The notes under the pieces were generated by a model, which made no database searches, was not told the DNA's origin, and worked only from the letters and a program-made list of their open reading frames with translations. From positions 1 to 64,000 of the forward strand of contig DAHWIF010000008.1 of assembly GCA_027345565.1 (NCBI GenBank): 64,000 nucleotides of DNA, read 5' to 3'. Both the position numbers and the translations under genes were made by a program. Positions 57,064 through 64,000 of the stretch are shown in pieces. The stretch comes from Candidatus Micrarchaeota archaeon (GTDB taxonomy: Archaea; Micrarchaeota; Micrarchaeia; Micrarchaeales; Micrarchaeaceae). Within the stretch, counting starts at the first letter, position 1. Every line of letters begins with the position of its first letter.

Positions 57064-57765
57064 TCAGCTCTCTAAAAGTTTTGTTTCGGCCCTTCCCTGC
57101 GTTGCCTTGTTTATCCTATCGAAGAACTCACTCTGCATACCTGCGGGGAACTCGAGGGTCGCCTGCAGGGAGCCATCCTGCAGCCATTGCTCAGACTTGA
57201 GTCCGTACTGCTTGAGCATGCCGAAGCACCTGTTGGCGTACTCTGCGGGTATGGTCACGCTTATCCTGGCGTTTGTGAACTTCAGCGGCATGACCGCGCT
57301 AAGCTTTTTCACTATCTCATCTATCTGCTCGTTGGCATTCTTGAACGGGTCTATCGCCACCTTCGCCTCCCTCATCGCATTCTCGATCCTCATTGGAGGA
57401 TTCGGTGCGTTTGTCCTGGGGTCTATAGAGTTCTTCGCTATCACCGCGATTATCTGCTTCCTCTTGTCTTCAACGAGCCGGTTCCTCTGCTCCGTTGTTA
57501 TCGGCACATTGCCTTTCTTCAGTATGGCATCTACCACCTTCGCCAGGTCGTCCGTGCCGAATACCTTCTTTATCTTATCGCTGTTCTGCCTCTCTCCCTT
57601 TTTTGCGTCCTTGAATATCTCCTCAGCCTCAAGGACCCTGAGCGGGTCGGTTATCTTGCCGATTATGTAGTCGTGAGCGAGCTCCGAATCTACGAATATC
57701 TCGAACTCCGAGCCATCCCTTTCGTACTTTGCTATGACTGTCTTAGAAGAAGCCATGTCCTTCAC
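57064..57765 (-). CDS. ribosome maturation factor SBDS
   Basis: [27 protein letters not shown]. Confidence 0.93.
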   Translation of the reverse strand: MKDMASSKTVIAKYERDGSEFEIFVDSELAHDYIIGKITDPLRVLEAEEIFKDAKKGERQNSDKIKKVFGTDDLAKVVDAILKKGNVPITTEQRNRLVEDKRKQIIAVIAKNSIDPRTNAPNPPMRIENAMREAKVAIDPFKNANEQIDEIVKKLSAVMPLKFTNARISVTIPAEYANRCFGMLKQYGLKSEQWLQDGSLQATLEFPAGMQSEFFDRINKATQGRAETKLLES

Positions 57766-57797
57766 GATCCTATTAGAATAGTAAGAGAAATATCAAA

Positions 57798-58496
57798 TCA
57801 AAGATACTTAGATACCTTGTCAGGAGACATCATCGAAAAACCATCCTTCCTTGTTATCGTTGCTATGTCGATGCTGTTCTCGTTTATCTGCTGCTTGTCA
57901 GCCACTTTCTTGATTATCTTCACGCCGAGCGCCAAAGCCTCCTCAGTGCTTATGTCGTCGCTGTATTCCTTTGTGAGCATCTCGTCCGCCACGATCTTTC
58001 CAGACCCTATCGCATCGGCCTTGTAGCCAGCGATAGTGGCCCCCGGGTCTATCTCGTAGAGCCTGGGCTCCTTGTCGATGCCGCCTATCAGCACGGATAT
58101 TGCGTATGGCCTTATGCCGCCATACTGCGTTGCGAGGAGGAGCTCCTCGGAAATGTCCCTGGATATGCTCTCCACGGATTCGGTCTCGTTGTATACCATC
58201 CTATGGGTCTGCGTCTTGCTCCTCATTATGTTGATCAGGTGCAGGCCGTCTGCCACTATGCCGCTGTACGTCACCCCTATATAAGAATCGATGCGGAATA
58301 TCTTCTGCACGCTTGCTGGCACTGTAAGCGGCGCGGTTATGTTCTTGTGGGCCACGAAAACTATGCTGTCCTTCGTCGCCATCCCTATCGATGTTGCGCC
58401 CTTTTTGACAGCCTCTCTTGCGTATTCTACCTGGAAAAGCCTGCCGTCTGGAGCGAACATCACGCCCCTGTCGTATGCTGTCTGTTGCGGATACAT
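57798..58496 (-). CDS. psmA: proteasome alpha subunit
   Basis: YDR....F.PDGRLFQVEYAREAV. Confidence 0.96.
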   Translation of the reverse strand: MYPQQTAYDRGVMFAPDGRLFQVEYAREAVKKGATSIGMATKDSIVFVAHKNITAPLTVPASVQKIFRIDSYIGVTYSGIVADGLHLINIMRSKTQTHRMVYNETESVESISRDISEELLLATQYGGIRPYAISVLIGGIDKEPRLYEIDPGATIAGYKADAIGSGKIVADEMLTKEYSDDISTEEALALGVKIIKKVADKQQINENSIDIATITRKDGFSMMSPDKVSKYL

Positions 58497-58570
58497 CTTC
58501 ACACCATAAACTAAAGTCAATCAGGTAAAGCAGTCAAACGAAATAGCGTATTATAGTTGGGCATATAAGC

Positions 58571-58885
58571 TTATATTCGTTTCTTTTTGAGCGCCCTGAT
58601 GGTCCCCGAAGCTCCCAGGGTGTAGAAGTACGCGTCTCGTCCTCCAACCTTCTTGACAAGCGCGAGCGCGGCTATCACCTGGCCACAACCCGCGAGGCTG
58701 GTCCTCATTATGAAAGTTTTGTCGCTGAGGAACTCGAGTATTCGGGGGTTGGCTCGATGGAAATTGGATTCGCCTATGCAGCGCATTAGCGATATGCGGA
58801 GCGCTGTCGCGAATTCCTCCCTTTCCTGTTCGGTAACAGCATAGCCTGACTCTACAGTTATATACCTGCGCTTTTCCCGCATCAT
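58571..58885 (-). CDS. rnp2: RNase P protein Pop5/Rpp14
   Basis: REKRRYI, SGTIRAL. Confidence 0.88.
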   Translation of the reverse strand: MMREKRRYITVESGYAVTEQEREEFATALRISLMRCIGESNFHRANPRILEFLSDKTFIMRTSLAGCGQVIAALALVKKVGGRDAYFYTLGASGTIRALKKKRI

Positions 58886-59400
58886 CAGACCACCAGCCTG
58901 CGATTGGCCTCGCTTATGCTCTTCCTGGCGTAGCCCTCATCAGCACCCATGAGCTTCGCAAGCTCTACCATCTGCATGTAGGAGCACATGCTGCTCCTCG
59001 ACCTTGCGAGGGTCACGAAAGCGACGTCAACGCCCCCTTTCCTAGCACTTGAGAGCAATCGTCCGGCCTTGAATATAGCATGTGACCTCCTCAGTCCGTA
59101 AAGCTCCATTATATCGGATAGCGATATGCAGAGAGCAACCCCATTGTCTGCCAATGACGAGATTAGCTTCTTATCCGCTTCCATCTCTTTCAGGTACACG
59201 GCCGAGACGCCCATGTTCACAGCCTGTATCAGCTTGCCGGCAGGCCCACTCGCTATTGCTTTCCTCTCCTTCCCGACGCCACGCTCCTGAAGATCCACAA
59301 ACGCTATGCTCTCCGGTATCACGCCGATCTTCGAGAATCCAAGCCTCGACTCCAGGTCGCTGTCGATGTTGCACGAGCTGAAAACAACGTCATAGTACAA
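58885..59400 (-). CDS. rnp3: RNase P protein Rpp30-like
   Basis: Position in the exosome superoperon; truncated TIM-barrel-like motifs. Confidence 0.7.
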   Translation of the reverse strand: MYYDVVFSSCNIDSDLESRLGFSKIGVIPESIAFVDLQERGVGKERKAIASGPAGKLIQAVNMGVSAVYLKEMEADKKLISSLADNGVALCISLSDIMELYGLRRSHAIFKAGRLLSSARKGGVDVAFVTLARSRSSMCSYMQMVELAKLMGADEGYARKSISEANRRLVV

Positions 59401-59408
59401 AGGAGCAC

Positions 59409-60626
59409 CTACGAAGCCTCCCCGTCGTGCTCAGGCACTCCGAAAAGGTCTTTCTCAAGCACATCGCGCGTCTTCTTGGTAGGCACCAAAAGCTTGACAA
59501 GCTTGGTGTGGCCGCGTATTCCCTTGCCCGATTCAAAAGCCGCTATCAGGCCCTGCATCTCAAGCTCAGACAGGTATTTCCTGTACCAGCGCTCGCTCTT
59601 CGGCTCCTTCTTCATGCTCTCGCATATTGACCTGTAGCGGTTGTAGACCTCCCCGCTGAACAGGTAGGTGTCTACGCCATCGGTGAGTTTCTTGTACGTG
59701 CCGCCGCTCTGGGTGAGCAGCGCAACGGAATATAGCACAAGCTTCTGGTGCTCCGGCAGCGTCCCTATCAGCTCGTAAACGGATTCGTTCTCTGCCATCC
59801 TGACGCCATCCTGCGCCTCCTTCATCGTTATGGCAGAGAGCTTACGCTCTTCGCTGAGCTCACCGGCCCGAACAAGCACCTTGAGCGAGAATCGTGCATC
59901 GCCGCCCTCCTTCGCCGCCTGCGCGGCTATGTAGTGCAGCACCTCGTCGCTCGCGACGCCCTTCTTGAAGCCGATTTCCGCCCTTTCCTTTATTATCGCA
60001 TAGAGCTCTGTGGCATAATACGGTGGGAAGACGAGCTCTGTCTCGTAAAGCGCAGAGAGGCTCCTCGGATCGAGGTCCTCCTTGAAGGAAACTCTGTTGG
60101 ATATGCCTATCATCGACACCCCTCCGGCCTTTATGTCGCTGTTTATCCTCGTGAGCGTGTATATCAGGTCGTCCAGGTCCTTCACCATGTCGAGCTCGTC
60201 TAGCACAGCGACGAATATCTTGCTGTCCTCTTCGACCCAGTTCCTAAGCCTTTCGTAGAGGTCGACCGCGCCGTACCCCCGCTTCGCATATGTAGGCAGG
60301 TGGTCGCTTGTCACCTTTGCCAGGACCTTGAACCTCGAGTTGTATATCCTGCAGTTTATGTAGGATATCCTCGCCTTCGTATTCGGTATCTGCTTTATCT
60401 CCTCTATCACATAGTTGACGCACGAGGTCTTCCCGGTGCCTGTCTTCCCGTATATGAAGAGGTTCCGCCCCCTGTCACCCTTGAGCGACGGGGCGACTGC
60501 GCGCTCTATGCTGTTTATTTCCTTCTCCCTGAACACAAGCTTCTTCGGGGTGTAATGCGGCGAGAGAGCCTCTCGGCTCAGGAATATTTTTGATTCGCCA
60601 AGTAGGTCGTTAAGCGTTTGCATCAT
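59409..60626 (-). CDS. cdc6: Orc1/Cdc6 replication initiator
   Basis: YGKTGTGKT, LDELD, FPPY, GDAR, wH C-terminus. Confidence 0.95.
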   Translation of the reverse strand: MMQTLNDLLGESKIFLSREALSPHYTPKKLVFREKEINSIERAVAPSLKGDRGRNLFIYGKTGTGKTSCVNYVIEEIKQIPNTKARISYINCRIYNSRFKVLAKVTSDHLPTYAKRGYGAVDLYERLRNWVEEDSKIFVAVLDELDMVKDLDDLIYTLTRINSDIKAGGVSMIGISNRVSFKEDLDPRSLSALYETELVFPPYYATELYAIIKERAEIGFKKGVASDEVLHYIAAQAAKEGGDARFSLKVLVRAGELSEERKLSAITMKEAQDGVRMAENESVYELIGTLPEHQKLVLYSVALLTQSGGTYKKLTDGVDTYLFSGEVYNRYRSICESMKKEPKSERWYRKYLSELEMQGLIAAFESGKGIRGHTKLVKLLVPTKKTRDVLEKDLFGVPEHDGEAS

Positions 60627-60715
60627 GGCACCTTACAACGAGCATGTGAGATACTCGTTTCAGGTTTAAAAAGACTCTGTAGTTGTAGAGAGATAAAGCT
60701 ACACTTGGCTGGAGT

Positions 60716-61024
60716 TCAGACCAGCTGCCTCTCCCTGAGCTTACTTATGTCCATCGCGCTGTACCTCCAGACTATGTCCCCCCTGATATCGCTCTGCACA
60801 ACCCACGGCCTGACTATGACAACATCGTTCTCCTTCACCCAGAAACGCCTCCTGAACCTCCCGGGTATTGAACAGAGCCGCTGCTTCCCGTCGCTGCACT
60901 CGACGAAGAATTTAGTTGCGCCTGCCGTCTTCACCACCGTGCCGATGACCTCGCCCTGTTCCGGGAGCTTAAGCTTGTACTCGACCGGCGCGCCCCTTCT
61001 CTCATCAACCCCGCTTTTTCTCAT
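60716..61024 (-). CDS. eif1a: translation initiation factor aIF1A
   Basis: C.DGK.RLC.IPG, D.V.V.PW, GDIVWRY. Confidence 0.95.
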   Translation of the reverse strand: MRKSGVDERRGAPVEYKLKLPEQGEVIGTVVKTAGATKFFVECSDGKQRLCSIPGRFRRRFWVKENDVVIVRPWVVQSDIRGDIVWRYSAMDISKLRERQLV

Positions 61025-61031
61025 GGTATCG

Positions 61032-61448
61032 CTAGTAGTGCTTCACGCCGTAGCGCGAGCCGCATGCCTCGCAAACTAGATAGAACATGCCGCGGCCTGC
61101 TCCCTCAAGCCTGGTGTCCGGCTTGTGGCATTCCCTGCATATGACATAGATCTCGAAGTAGCGCTGTATGCGCTTGTCCATGTCAGCGGCCTGGAACCTT
61201 CCGCTTATCACCATGCGCTGCTCCTCGATTCCTACAGGCACGGCAAGCTCCCTGCTTATGTACCTCGCTATCTCCTTCGGGTCCCTCCTCGCCTTGTCGG
61301 CTATGACGCTTATGTTCCTTATGATCGTCTTGTTCCCCTGCACTATCGAATCGACCTTCGGTATCACGAAGTCTGAGCTCTCGCTGGAAATGATGTGCGC
61401 CTTGTTGAAGGCACGGTCCAGTAGCGTCATGTACTCTTCGTCGCTCAT
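61032..61448 (-). CDS. eif2b: translation initiation factor aIF2 beta
   Basis: Y..LLDRA, YVIC.EC..PDT, CEACG. Confidence 0.95.
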   Translation of the reverse strand: MSDEEYMTLLDRAFNKAHIISSESSDFVIPKVDSIVQGNKTIIRNISVIADKARRDPKEIARYISRELAVPVGIEEQRMVISGRFQAADMDKRIQRYFEIYVICRECHKPDTRLEGAGRGMFYLVCEACGSRYGVKHY

Positions 61449-61535
61449 GCTAAATCCTCTCATTATGCTTACGCGGTCTAGATATATAAACAGATTAGAA
61501 GGTGAACATATTTAAATTCGGGACTGGCTATATCT

Positions 61536-61795
61536 GTGGCAGATAGGCTGGAGGCTAAGGGTCTCCAATCCGCAAATCCCTTTTGGCGGGCCAATGCCGT
61601 CCGAGTGCCATGCATCTGTGCCGGACCTGCGCTGAAGCGTAGACGTCCTGCCCTATGTGGTAGCTTACTATGTGAACCGGGCCAGGCCGGAAGGAGCAAC
61701 CCTAAGCACGGCAAAGCTATGCTCTTAGGATACAGGGCCGAGCCAAAGCGCAGACCATCCTTCATAGATGCAGAGCGCAAGGCGGCTTCTGCCAC
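61536..61795 (+). ncRNA. ffs: SRP (7S) RNA
   Basis: Helix 8 motif CCAGGCCGGAAGGAGCAACC; terminal stem GTGGCAGA/TCTGCCAC; upstream TTTAAA. Confidence 0.9.
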
Positions 61796-61827
61796 TTATA
61801 AAAGGATTGTGTGGCAAACGATAATGG

Positions 61828-61913
61828 GCCGGGGTCGCCTAGTGGTAGGGCGGCAGCCTGCTAAGCTGTTTAGTCAGAAATGGCTTCCGCGAGTTCGAAT
61901 CTCGCCCCCGGCG
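61828..61913 (+). tRNA. tRNA-Ser(GCT)
   Basis: GCCGGGG stem, GCAGC CT GCT AA GCTGT, long variable arm, TTCGAAT. Confidence 0.93.
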
Positions 61914-62010
61914 AATGCTTAAGGAAGCGCACTGAGACGTTTATCGCATCCCTCGTCTCGCGCATCATAATGATTAATAAAACTGTGTGCTGTTTGTAAA
62001 GCGTGGTTTG

Positions 62011-62697
62011 ATGGCAATAAAGTTATGGCAAAAGCTTCTTGCTGAGGCGCTTGGCACGTTCCTGCTGCTTTCTGTCGGAGTCGGTGCAGTGATATCTGCT
62101 GCGGCGTTCCATGTTGGCGGAGTCTCCATATTAATCGTCGCGCTCGCATTCGGGCTTGCGCTCGGAATAGCGGTTACGGCTGCGCTCTACATATCTGGAG
62201 GACACATTAACCCAGCGGTGACGATCGGGATGCTTGTAGCGCGCAGGATAGGCGTGGGCGACGCGATAGCCTACATACTCGCGCAGATAACAGGGGCTAC
62301 AATAGCGATACTTGTGCTGATGGCGGCCCTGCCCGCGCACCTTGGCGTGGCTGCGAGCTGGGGGCTCCCCGGTCTGGCCTCTGGAATAACCGTACCTGAG
62401 GGCATAATGATAGAGGCGCTGATAACCTTCTTCCTTGTTTTTTCTGTATTCATGACAGCGGCAAATGAAAAGATAGCGTCGAGGATCGGCGGCCTTGGCG
62501 TAGGACTCACGCTGGTGGTACTTGTGCTCTTCGCTGGCCAGTTCACCGGCGCTGCCGCGAACCCGTCGGTTTTCATGGGCCCTGCGATAGCGTCCGGCAA
62601 CTTCGCGAACTGGTATGTTTACTGGATAGGCGATCTTGCGGGCGGTATAATCGCGGCGCTGGTATGCGGGTATGGGCTCCTTAGAAAAGGAAGATAA
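62011..62697 (+). CDS. aquaporin (MIP family)
   Basis: AEALGTF, SGGHINPA, second NPS motif. Confidence 0.93.
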   Translation: MAIKLWQKLLAEALGTFLLLSVGVGAVISAAAFHVGGVSILIVALAFGLALGIAVTAALYISGGHINPAVTIGMLVARRIGVGDAIAYILAQITGATIAILVLMAALPAHLGVAASWGLPGLASGITVPEGIMIEALITFFLVFSVFMTAANEKIASRIGGLGVGLTLVVLVLFAGQFTGAAANPSVFMGPAIASGNFANWYVYWIGDLAGGIIAALVCGYGLLRKGR

Positions 62698-62823
62698 CGC
62701 AGTTCACCATGCTCAGGCATAGCCCGCCGAAAGGCATCGTGATGAATGCCCATTGCGTGCATTACCATACACTAAAATAAGCCATGCACGGATAAAATGC
62801 CCGGGAACTGGCCAATTAGATAG

Positions 62824-63297
62824 TCAGCCCTTGACCCTTATCTCATGCCGGATTATGCTCTTGTTGCCTTCATCGAAGTAGAAATCAGCGTCGAACCTAT
62901 CGCGTCCGAGCATGTGAGGAATCCAGTGCCTATCATCCGCCCACATATCGCTTACTGGAAGCCCGTTGATTGGGAACCAGCGGAGCTCCCCGTTGTCGTC
63001 ACTTTTTTCCAGCAGCTTGCCAGTGAACTTACTGGTGGAAAAGAGATGGACTGCAAAATCAATTTCGTCCTTCCCGGAGTTGTGGAAGTTCAATACACCG
63101 TGGTAGAAAAGGTCGCTCACTAGCAGTCCGGACTCCTCAAATGCCTCCCTAACGGCGTTCTGCGCAGGCGTTTCCCCGTTGGTTATCTTGCCGCCTACGC
63201 TGTTCCATTTGCTCTTGCTTATGCCCCTTGTCGATCTCTTCAGCAAAAGGCTGTCTCCGTTGAGTATGACCACCAGCGTGGCGAAGGTGGTCATCAA
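62824..63297 (-). CDS. Nudix 8-oxo-dGTPase-like
   Basis: KWN..GGK, VRE..EESG, MWADD..W. Confidence 0.88.
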   Translation of the reverse strand: MMTTFATLVVILNGDSLLLKRSTRGISKSKWNSVGGKITNGETPAQNAVREAFEESGLLVSDLFYHGVLNFHNSGKDEIDFAVHLFSTSKFTGKLLEKSDDNGELRWFPINGLPVSDMWADDRHWIPHMLGRDRFDADFYFDEGNKSIIRHEIRVKG

Positions 63298-64000
63298 TAC
63301 CAGCCGCGCGCCTTCATCGCCTTTGCTACGCGGTCGACAGCTATTATGTAGGCCGCCATGCGCGGATTTATCTTCTCGCCTTTGTTCGCATACTCATTCT
63401 GCATGGCGATGGTGTCGTTGAACGACTTCGTTATCTTCTTGTCGAGCTTTGCGTAGAAAAGGTCGGTGTCCCAGTAATCTCCGGTTATGTTCTGCACCCA
63501 TTCGTAATACGAACCGATCACGCCCCCGGAATTTACAAGGAAGTCCGGCAAGTCCAGTATCTTCCTCTCAAAGAGTATCTTCGTTGCTTCCGGGGTGACC
63601 GGCCCGTTGGCAAGCTCCAAAAGAAGCTTGCAGTTTATCCTGTCGGCGTTGTCTGCCCTCACCTGGTTCTCTATCGCCGCCGGTATGAGTATGTCCACCT
63701 TGAGCTCAAGCAGCTCCTCGTTTGACACCTTCTTCGCTCTCTTGCCCTTGTAGCCCTGCACCGTGCCAGTCTTCTTCTTCGCCTCGTCAAGCTTCGCCAG
63801 GTCGAGCCCATCGGGGTCGTAGACCCCGCCTTCGGAGTCGCTTATCGCGACGACCTTGGATCCCATGACCTCCTTCGAAAGAGTGTATGCATATCTACCT
63901 GCGTTGCCGAACCCCTGCACGGCTATGGTAGCTCTCCTTGGATTTATCTTCAGCATCTTAGCAGCTTCACGCATCACGTACATCCCACCCCTTGCAGTGG
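63294..64000 (-). CDS. gdhA: glutamate dehydrogenase (C-terminal part, runs off window)
   Basis: QGFGNAG, PAAIEN, ELANGP, PD.LVNSGGV..SY.EW. Confidence 0.93.
   Translation of the reverse strand, partial: TARGGMYVMREAAKMLKINPRRATIAVQGFGNAGRYAYTLSKEVMGSKVVAISDSEGGVYDPDGLDLAKLDEAKKKTGTVQGYKGKRAKKVSNEELLELKVDILIPAAIENQVRADNADRINCKLLLELANGPVTPEATKILFERKILDLPDFLVNSGGVIGSYYEWVQNITGDYWDTDLFYAKLDKKITKSFNDTIAMQNEYANKGEKINPRMAAYIIAVDRVAKAMKARGWY

Noticed and set aside
60627-60715. Replication origin beside cdc6
   Set aside because: Short intergenic region with no recognisable ORB repeats
61478-61922. ORFs over SRP RNA and tRNA-Ser
   Set aside because: Shadow ORFs of structural RNAs

Overview
Archaeal core-genome window, most likely DPANN/Micrarchaeota. 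This is inferred from the divergent 16S, the multi-intron tRNA, the QSALEY-type pilin-like proteins and the gene content. It contains a stand-alone 16S rRNA with two bulge-helix-bulge (BHB) introns, five tRNAs, SRP RNA, r-protein/RNAP/exosome-proteasome clusters, tandem ftsZ, secY, srp54, cdc6, an AbiE toxin-antitoxin pair, a two-component system and many surface proteins. Most unusual items: (1) an 845-nt BHB intron at about E. coli 16S position 1197/1198 encoding an HTH + PD-(D/E)xK nuclease rather than a LAGLIDADG enzyme; (2) a pilin-like surface protein ending in two tandem Hint domains with a shared non-canonical active site; (3) a single-repeat 'half' TBP; (4) a wHTH-REC-degenerate GGDEF regulator in an apparent operon with a pilin-like gene; (5) two unassigned structured RNA candidates. 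All calls come from reading motifs by eye; no database searches were run.
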